Positions 12,215-23,706 of a DNA stretch of 41,109 nucleotides are shown here, one piece after another. Under the pieces are notes generated by a model. That model was not told the DNA's origin. It worked only from the letters and a program-made list of their open reading frames with translations, and made no database searches. This DNA is from Perkinsus olseni (Eukaryota): positions 1-41,109 of the forward strand of contig JABANN010000302.1 in the NCBI GenBank assembly GCA_013115125.1. Reading direction: 5' to 3'. Every line of letters begins with the position of its first letter. Positions within the stretch are counted from its first letter, which is position 1. The translations under genes were made by a program, and so were the position numbers.

Positions 12215-13183
12215 ATGATGATCTTCTATCTGTCGATGTTGGTCGTTGCCTTGCCCCCTGCCTTTGCATGGGGACGTGATGGTCATGCGGTCGTCGCCCA
12301 GCTCAGTCAGGAGCGTATCAAAACTGAGACCCGAGAGGCTATTGATGCTATCATGGGTGAGGGTGTTCCGATGTACAACTACTCAAGTTGGGCCGATGAC
12401 ATCAAGTACGGTCCCGATGGCTATAAATGGAGATGGTCGTCCCCCCTGCACTACGCCGACACTCCCAAATGCCGCTTCCGCTACTCTCGAGACTGCAAGC
12501 ACGACAGATGTGTTGCCGGTGCTTTGAAGAACTACTCTCGGCGTGTTGTTGACGAGTCCCTCCCTTTGGAACAGCGCCAAGAGGCCCTCAAGTTCATCGT
12601 ACACTTCGTTGGTGATGCTCATCAGCCTCTGCACGCCGGGAATCCTGCAGATCTCGGTGGTAACAAGATCAGAGTTGATCTCGGTTTTGCCCGTCATCAG
12701 CACACCAACCTCCACTCCACTTGGGACTCCGCTCTCCTGTATGAGTTTCAGGACCGTGGTGACCGCGTTGACGATGAGCCCTACTGGACCATCACCGAAA
12801 ATGCTGTCAATGATGAGCTCAAGAAGGGCGGCAGATACGCTGGTGACGTCGATGACTGGGTGGGAGATTGCGAGGATTACGGCCTCGATGTGTGTGTGGA
12901 CAAGTGGGTTGACGAGAGTGCCCAGGCAGCCTGTGCGTACAGCTACAAGCATGTGAACGGGTCCCGCGTCCGTGATAACGACTACCTCCCCATGGCTTAC
13001 TACAATGGCCGCATCGAAGTTGCCAAGGAGCAACTCGCCAAAGCTGGCATCCGTCTCACTTGGCTGCTGAATAACGTGACGGGCAGCCTCACCACGACAA
13101 CCCCCGATCCTTACGGAGCGGACAGGGTTGGCTCTAGTTCTAGGGCCGCTCTCCCTGATTCTCTTGTGGTTGTAGATATGTAG
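12215..13183 (+). CDS. S1/P1 nuclease copy 2 (close paralog of copy 1)
   Basis: WGRDGH, WADDIK, HFVGDAHQPLH, NLHSTWD. First ATG at 12215. The 3' flank also resembles that of copy 1. Confidence 0.94.
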   Translation: MMIFYLSMLVVALPPAFAWGRDGHAVVAQLSQERIKTETREAIDAIMGEGVPMYNYSSWADDIKYGPDGYKWRWSSPLHYADTPKCRFRYSRDCKHDRCVAGALKNYSRRVVDESLPLEQRQEALKFIVHFVGDAHQPLHAGNPADLGGNKIRVDLGFARHQHTNLHSTWDSALLYEFQDRGDRVDDEPYWTITENAVNDELKKGGRYAGDVDDWVGDCEDYGLDVCVDKWVDESAQAACAYSYKHVNGSRVRDNDYLPMAYYNGRIEVAKEQLAKAGIRLTWLLNNVTGSLTTTTPDPYGADRVGSSSRAALPDSLVVVDM

Positions 13184-14114
13184 TCTAACTCTGGTCAGAG
13201 CATTTCTTCCTGTTATACCCGAGTCGTGAGATGTTCAGATAGTGATCACAGTTCATCTTGATACTCCTATCTTGGAGGAAAGGCTCTGTTGTAACATGGA
13301 TGTCGAGGTTAAAGATGAATGAGCGATGGCCAGCGCACACTTGCTGATGATGTCGCCACGGCACTGCCGTCTCAGCTGTCACCTATATGCCGTGTCGCTG
13401 TTGTTTTTATTGTCCTCCTGAGGAGGACCTCTTCGTGTCTCCTTCACAGCACTCTCAGATATATGGGGATGTCCTCTGTTATTTGTTCGTCTCTTCTTTT
13501 TCCCTTTTGTTAACGCTATACGCGTGCGCAAGGGGCGTGCGCGCAAGGTCTTTTTGGCCGCCGCCTCAACGGGGACTTCCCGCTCTTCTGAATCCGCTGA
13601 ATTCCGGGGGTCGGCTTCACGAGTATACTCATCGAAATATTTTCAAGGCAGGCTGAGTAAACTCGAGTCGTGTTCATGGGACGGTGCCACTCAAGGAACG
13701 CACAATAGATTTCCTTGCAGTCTCACAAGCGCTCGAAGTTGTTGAGTTCACCCCAAGGGGTCGTGGAACGCAAGTTGATGACGTTCTATGCCTTAGTGTG
13801 CGCCAGTGGTCTTTGAATCACTCGGGAAGGTTGGTTGGGCCGGTCCACGCCCACGTCGTCTGGTGTGTTTCCCCTGTCTTGCGTACATGTGCGGGGAGCT
13901 TACCTGGCCGGTGAGTACTTTAGGGGTGCTTTGAAGTTGAGTAAAGTTACAGCTCCTTCGCTCAGTCTCGTACTGAAATACTGATCACCCGAGCAATGCT
14001 CCGGCCGCGCGCTATACCATTCAGGAGTCTCTTTGGCGAGTGAGGCCGCTATGCTAGCGCTCGGGGATATCACATCAGCGAGTGAAAACAGCGAATGGAC
14101 CTGACAATGGATGG

Positions 14115-14150
14115 AAAAATGTCGCCGGCCGGGATTGAACCCGGCAGATC
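14115..14150 (-). other. Orphan tRNA-like 3' end (T-arm/B-box followed by T5)
   Basis: Minus strand reads CCGGG TTCAATC CCGG CCGGCGACA TTTTT; no A-box or D-arm upstream. Confidence 0.6.
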
Positions 14151-14313
14151 TCCGGACTTCACTAGCGTAGAGGGCTGAGGCTGTTAGGCTAGCAGTGCTA
14201 GCGTAGCGAGGCGAAAATGGGGAAACCAAACTTGTGCGGTCCTTTAAATCTCTCGCTCTCTCGAGCATCGCTGAATACCGTGGTTTTCTCCAGTTGCTCT
14301 TTCGCAGTGCTCC

Positions 14314-15330
14314 ATGAGTCTCCGCCTCGCTCCGCTCATCGCCGTCGCCGCTCTCCCTGCTGCCCTCGCCTGGGGTGGTGATGGTCATGCGGTTGTTGCC
14401 CAGCTCAGTCAGGAGCGTATCGAAGATGAGACCCAAGAGGCTATCGGTGCTATCATTGGCGAGGGTGTTCCGATGTACAACTACTCTAGTTGGGCTGATG
14501 ATGTTAAGTACGGCGAGGATTCTGAACAGTGGAAATGGTCTTCTTCTCTTCATTATGTGAACCCTCCCAACTGCAAGTTCGACTACGCTCGAGACTGTCC
14601 CAATGATGATTGTGTTGCCGGTGCTTTGAAGAACTACTCTCGGCGTGTTGTTGACGAGTCCCTTCCTTTGGAACAGCGACAAGAGGCACTCAAGTTCATC
14701 GTACACTTCGTTGGTGATGCTCATCAACCTCTGCATGCAGGCAAGCCTGGAGATCTCGGAGGCAACAAGATCGGTGTTGATCTCGAGTTTGCCCGCTATG
14801 AGCGAACCAATCTTCACTCCACTTGGGACTCTAAAATACTCTATGAGTTTCAAGGCCGTGGTGATCGCGTTGGCGATGAGCCCTACTGGGCTATTACTGA
14901 GAGGGCTGTGAGTGATGAGCTGGAAAAGGGCGGCAATTACGCTGGTGATGTCGATGACTGGGTGCAAGATTGTGAGAAGTACGGCCTCGATGCGTGCATT
15001 GACCAGTGGGTTGACGAGACCGCCCAGGCTGCCTGTGATTACAGCTATAAGCATGTGAACGGGTCCCTTGTTCTCGACGGTGACGTCCTACCCATGGAGT
15101 ACTACGAATCTCGCATCGAGCCAACGAAGGAGTCTCTGGCGAAGGGAGGCATCCGCCTTACTTGGTTACTGAACCACCTGTTCGCCAACCAAGAAGCCAC
15201 TACAAAGCCGGTGCCTGTCGACTGCAGTGAAGCTGATAAGAAGTGTGAGCTCAGTTATCCCGGCTCTTACTGCAAGTACTGGCAGACTGTTCCTGTTTGC
15301 TTCGGCAGCGATGCTCCTTGTTCATGCTAA
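14314..15330 (+). CDS. S1/P1 nuclease copy 3 with C-terminal 6-Cys module
   Basis: All family motifs present; ends DCSEADKKCELSYPGSYCKYWQTVPVCFGSDAPCSC. Confidence 0.95.
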   Translation: MSLRLAPLIAVAALPAALAWGGDGHAVVAQLSQERIEDETQEAIGAIIGEGVPMYNYSSWADDVKYGEDSEQWKWSSSLHYVNPPNCKFDYARDCPNDDCVAGALKNYSRRVVDESLPLEQRQEALKFIVHFVGDAHQPLHAGKPGDLGGNKIGVDLEFARYERTNLHSTWDSKILYEFQGRGDRVGDEPYWAITERAVSDELEKGGNYAGDVDDWVQDCEKYGLDACIDQWVDETAQAACDYSYKHVNGSLVLDGDVLPMEYYESRIEPTKESLAKGGIRLTWLLNHLFANQEATTKPVPVDCSEADKKCELSYPGSYCKYWQTVPVCFGSDAPCSC

Positions 15331-16058
15331 AGTTTTCATTGTGATGTATTCTAGTTTTCGTGTGTTGCTGAGAAATCAGCTGTCTTCTTTTATTGTAGGC
15401 CCGAACGCTTGGGCGTCTTAGTGTTCTATAGAAGGTTCTCTCAAGCTAACCTCTGTTCCCGCAAGGAAATGGCTTCGTGTTGCTACCAGTCTTATTTCAT
15501 TCAGTGTCTCTCTGGGCTCCATTAGAGTTCCGCTATTGGCCGTAGTATTTCGGGAGAGTCTACGGCAAGATTGCTGATAGTCGTCCCGAAAAGGTCGTTG
15601 CATGGTCGTGAAGCACATGGAATTCTTTACCGATAATAGTTTCAGTGTTTGGGAAATAACTTTCCTCACACTCCTTCCACTTGCCCTCGGATTCTCGGGA
15701 ACAACACAGGCAATTTTGAGCATCGTGGCCGGTATAGTATGTGATACAGTTGAAATTTATCGCCCTTATCTCATCCCTGCTTGTTTTTGGTCATCACAAG
15801 GTCGTCCTACGGTTGCCTGATTCGATCTATGGTTGAGTAGTTGTGCTGTTCGACGCAAGAGACCCAGGCCTGGGTGCTCCTCCTGAAGGAGAGGTCTATT
15901 GGACACTTCGCCCTCGCCTTCCTCCTTTCTCGCTCTATCGGATGACTCATGCTTGACGGGACAATCACGCAAGGTCAAGCTGTGGGGTGCGAGCTGAGCT
16001 TGATGCCTGGAAGCTAGCAGACTGAACCGGCACCAATCAACCCCTATAGAGTATCGTT

Positions 16059-17138
16059 ATGGTTTCGTCCCTTGTTATCCTCGTTTCTGCTCTTCCTCTG
16101 GCTGCTGCCTGGGGACTGGATGGCCACGGGGCCGTCGCCACTATCGCTGGCTTCCGCATGACGCCTGAGGCGAGAGAAGCTCACGACGCCATCATGGGCG
16201 AGGGTGTGAGGCTTGCTGACTATGCTAGTTGGCCCGACTATGCTGCCTTCGAGGGTCCCGAGGAAGTCACTTCGGTTTGGGGGTGGTCCGGCGCTCTTCA
16301 TCATGCTGATACACAAGACTGCCACTTCGTTTACTCTCGTGACTGCAAGGAGGACATGTGCGTGGCCGGCGGGTTGAAGAACTACACTCAGAGGGTGGTC
16401 GATGATTCACTTCCCTTGTCCGAAAGGCAAACCGCTATGAAGTTTGTCGTTCACCTCATGGCCGATATTCATCAACCTCTTCACGGTGGAAACCTTTCTG
16501 ATGCTACTGGTATCAAGACGAACGTTCAGATCAAGTTTGCTAATTTCGTCACTACCAATCTCCACTTTGTTTGGGACTTCAGTCTCTTGGATCAGTGGGA
16601 AATGGATCGTTATGCTGGTGACTACATCATGCAGCGCGAGGATGTCCCTCATCGCGATAGAACTCGTTTCTGGAGCTCCCTGGTTGAGACTATCGGCAAG
16701 AAGCTTCAGAAGGGCGGCGAGTACGCAGTTCAAGTCGACTCATGGTTGGCTGATTGCAAGCACGACTTCGACCAGTGCCTCAACGACATGGTGGAAACGG
16801 ATGCTCAGCTCTCTTGTGAGCTCGCCTACACTAACGTGGATGGTACTCCCGTTGTTGAGGGCTCGGTTCTCCCTCGCGAGTACTACGACACTCGTATTGC
16901 TACTGTCGAAGAACAGCTGGCTAAAGGAGGTGTGCGTCTCGCTTGGTTGCTCAACACTATTCTTCCCGCCAGTACCACAACCACCACTGCTGAGCCTACC
17001 GAGGTCACTACTACTGAGGCTCCTAAGGATTGCGCCAAGGCTGATGAGCTCTGCGCCAGCAAGATCCCCGGCTCCTATTGCAAGTACTGGTTGGACACTC
17101 CGACCTGTTACGGAAGCAATGAGCCATGCTCGTGTTAG
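16059..17138 (+). CDS. S1/P1 nuclease copy 4 (most divergent) with Thr linker and 6-Cys module
   Basis: WGLDGH, WPD, LHH, HLMADIHQPLH, NLHFVWD. Confidence 0.94.
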   Translation: MVSSLVILVSALPLAAAWGLDGHGAVATIAGFRMTPEAREAHDAIMGEGVRLADYASWPDYAAFEGPEEVTSVWGWSGALHHADTQDCHFVYSRDCKEDMCVAGGLKNYTQRVVDDSLPLSERQTAMKFVVHLMADIHQPLHGGNLSDATGIKTNVQIKFANFVTTNLHFVWDFSLLDQWEMDRYAGDYIMQREDVPHRDRTRFWSSLVETIGKKLQKGGEYAVQVDSWLADCKHDFDQCLNDMVETDAQLSCELAYTNVDGTPVVEGSVLPREYYDTRIATVEEQLAKGGVRLAWLLNTILPASTTTTTAEPTEVTTTEAPKDCAKADELCASKIPGSYCKYWLDTPTCYGSNEPCSC

Positions 17139-18173
17139 ATCTCTCTTGATTCTGTGACTGTTGTCACCTTTGTATAGATTAATAGGATTTTCCTATTGCT
17201 TGTTGTCAAGTCAGCGGACGTATCGTGCGCGCTTAACTTTATGCTGTAGTTTGTTGTACATATCTAGTTTTACTTTTTGGTGTTCATCTCTCGATTTCGC
17301 GTAGAGACTGTTTGCTAATGCTAAATGGGAGAAGGTTGAGTTGTGACGTCAACGAGGATGGAGTCTTTGCCAGCATGGGGCATAGCTTAAGTTTTGCTTG
17401 CCGAGTCAGGAGAGAGTCTCTCCGAGAGACTTCTTTCAAGAGAGGCAAATGTGAGGAAAGCGATTCTGATTCTCAAAATCTATTCCATAACCGCATATTT
17501 GTTATGTGAAAATCAAATCGAGAATTTTGGTTTATCGAACAGCTCGCTGGAGGGAAGGGCCACTGAGGGTCGTGCAGGAAGCACTTGCTATGCTTGGGAC
17601 TAACCTGGCATCACCCACTATAGCGACAAGGACGAATCCAGGCCAGACACTCGCGTCGTTAACATCAGGAACTCAGATCTTCTTGGGCTACGGTGGACAA
17701 GATTCTATCTTCCGGGAAAAATCTCGCGACAGTCGCTCTGAGATTTGCTGCTTGTGTATGCGTGCACAGCTAAGCCAGTCCACGAGAGCGCTGAGGGGGT
17801 CCTACCTACTCTCGCACATATCCCTTTCAGGGGAGTTCTAGAGCGCTACGATTCGCTTTACAACGACGCTCCTAAAATCGTGACACAAAAATGGAGACAC
17901 GCCACCCAGGAGTTTATGCCAGCAAAATCAGCTTCACATCGCTCTCAAACTAGCTTTACTTGACTCTCGCTGCTTTTAAAGATTCGTTTGGCCTCCTCTC
18001 CCGTGTCCACACTGTCCGTGAATGTGGAATTGGGTCCCCTCGAAATTCTATGGACTCGGCTGCCGCTGCTGTGCCTAAGCTCGGGCGAGTCGCGGGGTCA
18101 GTAGCTGTGGATACCACGCTACAAGCTTAAAGCGAAGTCAAAGGATCGTGAGTTTCCATCCTAACGTGCTACA

Positions 18174-19232
18174 ATGTTCAATAAGGTATTCATCGCTGCT
18201 CTTACTGTCCCTGCTGTTCTTGCATGGGGCCCTGATGGTCACGCTACCGTAGCTGATGCTGGCAACAAGTTCTTTAACGACAACGCCAACAAAGCTGTAG
18301 CTGAGATTTTGGGTGAGGGTGTCAGAATGGCCGACTTCGCCAGCTGGCCCGATCGTGCTCTTCATGGACCCGATCGCTCTGAGTGGAAGTGGTCATCTGG
18401 CTTGCATTACGCTGACGCTGACGATAACTGTAAGTTCATCTACTCTCGTGATTGCAAGAATGACTACTGTGTTGCTGGTGGTATCAAGAACTACACTCGT
18501 CAAGTGGCTGACACCAGCCTTCCCCTCGAGCAGAGGCAGGTGGCTTTGAAGTTCCTCATGCACTTCATGGGTGATATACATCAGCCTCTTCATGTTGGCC
18601 GACGCTCCGACTATGGTGGCAACACTATTAAGGTCGATATGAAGTTCGCCAACTACGAGCATGGCGCGCTTCACAAGGCTTGGGATGAGAAGATGATTGA
18701 TCAGTTGGAGGGCAGTCAGTATGATGGTGACTACGCCCAACAAGACGCCAACTACAGCACTCCTCTCGCTGATAGGGATATGTTCTGGGGGATCACCGTC
18801 TCCGATATTTTGGAGGAGTTGTCTGAGGGTGGTGCCTTCCACGATAAGATCCCTCTGTGGATCGCTGATTGTGAAACCAACGGCTTGGACGAGTGTGTTA
18901 ATACCATGGTTTCTGAGACCGGCGCTGTCGCTTGCTCGGATGCTTACAGGCATGTCGATGGCGAGGAGGTTGTCAAGGGCGATGTCCTTCCCATGGAGTA
19001 CTACAACAACCGTATCGAGATTGTGAAGGAGCAGCTTGCTAAGGGTGCCGTCCGCTTCGCTTGGGTCATGAACAACGCCTTCCCCGAGGACCCCACTGTC
19101 ACCACCAAGCCTGCTGCCGTCAACTGTGCCGATGCAGATAAGAAATGCGACCTCGCTCATCCCGGCTCGTACTGCAAGTACTGGCAGACTGTCCCTGTTT
19201 GTTTCGGCAGTAACGTACCTTGCTCTTGCTAA
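18174..19232 (+). CDS. S1/P1 nuclease copy 5 with 6-Cys module
   Basis: WGPDGH, WPD, LHY, HFMGDIHQPLH, ALHKAWD. Confidence 0.95.
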   Translation: MFNKVFIAALTVPAVLAWGPDGHATVADAGNKFFNDNANKAVAEILGEGVRMADFASWPDRALHGPDRSEWKWSSGLHYADADDNCKFIYSRDCKNDYCVAGGIKNYTRQVADTSLPLEQRQVALKFLMHFMGDIHQPLHVGRRSDYGGNTIKVDMKFANYEHGALHKAWDEKMIDQLEGSQYDGDYAQQDANYSTPLADRDMFWGITVSDILEELSEGGAFHDKIPLWIADCETNGLDECVNTMVSETGAVACSDAYRHVDGEEVVKGDVLPMEYYNNRIEIVKEQLAKGAVRFAWVMNNAFPEDPTVTTKPAAVNCADADKKCDLAHPGSYCKYWQTVPVCFGSNVPCSC

Positions 19233-19769
19233 GGTCACTCTATGAGAGCCTCAACTTTTTCGTAGTTGCCCAGTATTTGTATATAGCTATGTCCTTCCCT
19301 TTGGGAGACTTTTTCTTCAGTTTGTTCGATTTTTGGCGAAAATTATGTATCCTAAACCGGGGATCTTTCCCTCGTTGTGCTATATCTTGAGATGCCCCGC
19401 AGATGCGGGCTGATTTTCTGGTTCGATGGAAGTGTTTTGGTTGCCTCACTGGCCGGTGACGGGTGGGAAGAGTTGGGAATAGAATAGTAGGATAATGAGG
19501 AGGAAAGGATCTCTTCGGTGAGTCCTACCATCGCGATAGGATAAACTGTTCGAGATTGCGCGAGAATTGGGACAGAACCGTCGCGTGTCGTCACAAGGAG
19601 GCGTTAGGCTAGCACTTTGTGTCAACGCTAGCGAGATAGCTGTTCTTGATTAGCTTCCTCAAGGCAACAGATGAAACCGGGGTGAATTAATGTGGTTAAC
19701 CGATGAATCGAGCCCTTCTGCCCTACTGTATTCATGGTGATGGTCGCAGTTCGTTTTTAATATCTTCTT

Positions 19770-20827
19770 ATGTTCAATTGTGCCAGTCTCGTCTTTCTGG
19801 GCGTCCCCAGTGTTCTCGCCTGGGGTCCGGACGGTCACGCCATTATCGCTGATACTGCGAGCAAGTATTTCAATACGAACGCCGAAAAGGCCGTGAGCGA
19901 GATTATGGGCGAAGGGACAAGGCTAGCCGACTACTCTACGTGGGCTGACACTGTTCTTCATGGTCCTGAGAAAGATGAGTGGAAGTGGTCCTCTGGCTTG
20001 CACTTCGCCGACGTGAAGAACTGCAAGTTCGTGTACTCTGAAGACTGCAAGGATGACTACTGTGTTGCCGGTGGTATGAAGAACTACACTCGTCAAGTGG
20101 CGGACACCAGCCTTCCCCTCGAGCAGAGGCAGGTGGCCTTGAAGTTCCTCACTCATTTCATGGGTGATATCCATCAGCCCCTCCATGTCGGTCGTTACGC
20201 TGATTATGGTGGCAACACTATTCACGTTGACTACAAGTTTGCTGATCAGAAGACCTCTGCTTTGCACAAGGTTTGGGACGAGAAGCTCATCGACGAGTTT
20301 GAGGGCGAGGGTTACGGTGGCGAGTATATTTACCAGGATGTCAACTACGGTACTCCTGTCGCCGAGAGAGAGACATCTTCTGGGGTGTCGCTGCGGCCGA
20401 TCTTGAAAAGGACTTGGCCGACGGCGGAGCTTTTCACGAGAAGATTCCTCAGTGGCTCGAGGACTGCGAATCGAACGGCCTGGACGAGTGCGTTAATACG
20501 ATGGTTTCAGAGACAGCGGCTGCCGCCTGTAGCTTTGCATATGAGCACGTTGACGGTACGGCGGTGTTGGATAAAGATGTCCTTCCCATGGAGTACTACA
20601 ACGAGCGTATCGAGGTTGTGAAGGAGCAGCTCGCCAAGGCTATCGTGCGCTTCGCTTGGGTTATGAACAACGCCTTCCCTGAGGATACTCCCACTACCAC
20701 TACATCTGCTCCTACTGACTGCAGTGAGGCTGATAAGAAGTGTGAGCTCAGTTATCCCGGCTCTTACTGCAAGTACTGGCAGACTGTCCCTGTTTGCTTC
20801 GGCAGCGATGTTCCATGTTCTTGTTAG
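19770..20827 (+). pseudogene. S1/P1 nuclease copy 6 with a +2 frameshift in a GA run at 20364-20374 (pseudogene or sequencing error)
   Basis: Removing one GA gives ...VAERDIFWGVAAADLEKDLADGG..., collinear with paralogs. This joins ORFs 19770-20621 and 20414-20827. Confidence 0.85.
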
Positions 20828-21253
20828 AACGACTAATTTTATTGTTTGTAATTTACCCTTGTGCCATACGCTTTTCTAATGTGATGCAACGAGATCTACT
20901 CTTTGCTCATGGCTTGCTATAATCACCTCTGTTTTCACAACTTCCAAGTGCCCGTTCAAGCGTTGGTGTAGATTTGTGTCAATTGCTACTTTGGTGGGCC
21001 TTAAGTTGACCGGAAGTGTGACGCGGTTTGCGACGTAACGAAGACCAGATTCGTCAGTGTTAGGTGGACTGTATAGCAGGAAGGCCTTCCGAGGTCGAGG
21101 AATTCGTCTCTCGCGGGCTTCACCTTTGGGCGAATAGTGGCATAGGAGGTCGATTGTGCAGTGGAAGCTCTCATGGGCAGTTCGTAGTGTTGTCGAACGG
21201 TGTCACCAGGGCAGTGCATATCGTCGTGTGGCCTACCATTCACCCATTGAGCT

Positions 21254-21319
21254 ATGAGTATTGATGATGAGCACAAGATGGTCGGGCATGAGTATTGATG
21301 ATGAGCACAAGATGGTCGG
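21254..21319. repeat. 34-bp tandem duplication
   Basis: ATGAGTATTGATGATGAGCACAAGATGGTCGG occurs twice. Confidence 0.9.
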
Positions 21320-21550
21320 ACAGTATCCGTTGCCGTAGGTCGCTTGTATCGGAGAAGAGGTGGCATGAGGTGAACGCCACCGGGATCCTTAACAGCGATA
21401 CACCTCCCTAAAGGCCAACTTCCATGATTTCCGCTAGCCTCTACCATGATAAATTGCGCACGATAATGGGAATCATTAACGGGTTTTCTCAACCCTGTGG
21501 ATGTTCATTTTTGTGTATATCCCGGCGCCTGTAACCAGGTCCGTGTGGAG

Positions 21551-21585
21551 AAATGACGTCGGCGGGAATCGAACTTGGGACCCGG
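21551..21585 (-). other. Orphan tRNA-like B-box element
   Basis: Minus strand reads GGGTCCCAAGTTCGATTCCCGCCGACGTCATTT; same position and orientation relative to copy 7 as 14115-14150 is to copy 3. Confidence 0.5.
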
Positions 21586-21755
21586 TGGGAGGCTAGCGAG
21601 CTCGAGCTAAGATTCCTATCTACGCTAGCGCTGAGCTGAAGACGGTATCCTGGCGCCCACGACAACACCAATTCATGTGTGAGACGAGAATTGTCCTCGT
21701 CGATGCTCACTCACTGTCTTTCCATGTAGTTTCTCGGTCTCTCTCGGTCTTCTCG

Positions 21756-22769
21756 ATGTCTCTTCGTCTCCTGTCGCTAATCGCTACTGCTCTTCCTGCT
21801 GCCCTTGCATGGGGGCATGATGGTCATGCTGTTGTTGCCCAGCTCAGTCAGGAGCGTATCACGGATGAGACCCGAGAGGCTATCGATGCTATCATGGGTG
21901 AAGGTGTTCCGATGTCTAACTACTCTAGTTGGGCTGACAATGTTAAGCACGGTCACCATGGTCACGAGTGGAAGTGGTCGTCTCCCCTCCACTACGCCGA
22001 CACCCCCGATTGTCACTTCGACTACACCCGAGACTGCAAGAACGACTATTGTGTTGCCGGTGCTTTGAAGAACTACTCTCGCCGTGTTGTTGATGAGTCT
22101 CTCCCTTTGGAACAGCGACAAGAGGCGCTCAAGTTCATCGTACACTTCGTTGGTGATGCTCATCAGCCCATGCACATCGGTAGGCCCGCAGATCTCGGTG
22201 GTAACAGAATCAAGGTGCACCTCGGCTTTGGCAAGAAGCGCTCTACAAATCTTCACTCTACTTGGGACTCCAAAATGATTTACGAATTCCAAGATCAAGG
22301 CGAGCTTGCTGACGGTGAGCCCTCCTGGACAATCACCGAAAAGGCTGTGAGTGATGAGCTCGAGAAGGGCGGCAGATACGCTGGTGATGTCGATGACTGG
22401 GTTGAAGATTGCGAGAAGTACGGCCTCGATGTGTGTGTGGACGAGTGGTTGAGTGAGAGTTCCCAGGCTGCATGCGAGTACGGCTATAGGCATGTCAATG
22501 GCTCGATGATTCTTGACCATGACTTCGTCCCGGTGGAGTACTATAATGACCGCATTGAAGTCGTCAAGGAGCAGCTTGCGAAGGGTGGCATCCGTCTGAC
22601 CTGGCTGTTGAACACCTTGTTCGCTAACGCGGAGGTCACGCCCAAGCCTGTCGCTGTTGACTGTGCTGAAGCTGATAAGAAGTGCGAGATTTCCTATCCA
22701 GGCTCCTACTGCAAGTACTGGCAGAGCACCCCTGTTTGCTTTGGCAGCAACGAGCCTTGCTCGTGTTGA
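21756..22769 (+). CDS. S1/P1 nuclease copy 7 with 6-Cys module
   Basis: The ATG at 21756 gives a signal peptide MSLRLL...ALA like copy 3; all motifs present. Confidence 0.95.
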   Translation: MSLRLLSLIATALPAALAWGHDGHAVVAQLSQERITDETREAIDAIMGEGVPMSNYSSWADNVKHGHHGHEWKWSSPLHYADTPDCHFDYTRDCKNDYCVAGALKNYSRRVVDESLPLEQRQEALKFIVHFVGDAHQPMHIGRPADLGGNRIKVHLGFGKKRSTNLHSTWDSKMIYEFQDQGELADGEPSWTITEKAVSDELEKGGRYAGDVDDWVEDCEKYGLDVCVDEWLSESSQAACEYGYRHVNGSMILDHDFVPVEYYNDRIEVVKEQLAKGGIRLTWLLNTLFANAEVTPKPVAVDCAEADKKCEISYPGSYCKYWQSTPVCFGSNEPCSC

Positions 22770-23706
22770 CTGTCCTAGGCTGTTGCTTTCTATCTGTATT
22801 CTATAACCTCAGGGCTCTCTTTGAGCCCTCACATTTGACCTTTTGGTTTTTGAGTATGTGTCGATCTTTTTTCGACCAATTCGTATTCTACTTTTTACAG
22901 CGCCCCTGTAATGTGTATTCTACTTTGTATAGTGATCGTCGTATTCCGTCATCAGTAGTGTGCATTGATGAACCGCTCATGCGGTCAAGTTTCGTCCAAC
23001 TCTTCAAGGATTGTGTACGGCATTAGTCTCATCAAGCGAGGGTCTGTTCCCTTGCGCAAATCGAACAGTTCGATGAAGCAGTGGTAAAACTCAGAATCTA
23101 TCGTGAAATCAATTTTTGCACGTAGAATTTGGCGAGAGAATCGATCCTGAGTTAGAGGTTGCTCTAATTGAACAACCCCTGTGCATCGCCTCACCGAGAT
23201 GCGGAGATCTGCTTTCATCTCGCACATGCTTGTCGGAACCTGTCGACGAAGTCTTACCAAGGGAAGGGGATGATGAACGATGCATCGGGTCTCAGTCAGA
23301 ATCCCTCCGAAGCTATACTAGCTTGAGTCTCACCACATGCGAGATTTCCGCTGGGCAGCCTCCGAAATTCGAGGTCCGTCGACGCAGAAGTTAATAGCGG
23401 CTCTAGGATTGGGCTCACTTTCGGGGAGACAGTTGATCGCACAAAGATGCATCCGCCGTTCGTAGAGGCCTCTTTTCATGGCTAGCTGAGTGACTGATAC
23501 GATGCGACGCCTACAACTGTGTGCACTTTCTAGTTCCCTGAGTACAAATCTTGTACTCCGAATTGAGACGGAAGTCACTACTGTGTAGGAGTAAGGCTTC
23601 CATGTAGCCGTGCGCTCACCACGTTGTGCTGCTCTAAAGGAGACAGGACAGCTATCGGTTGTGCAGAGCCGTAAGTGCTGCCGTTTCCTTCCGTTGCGCC
23701 GCGGTC

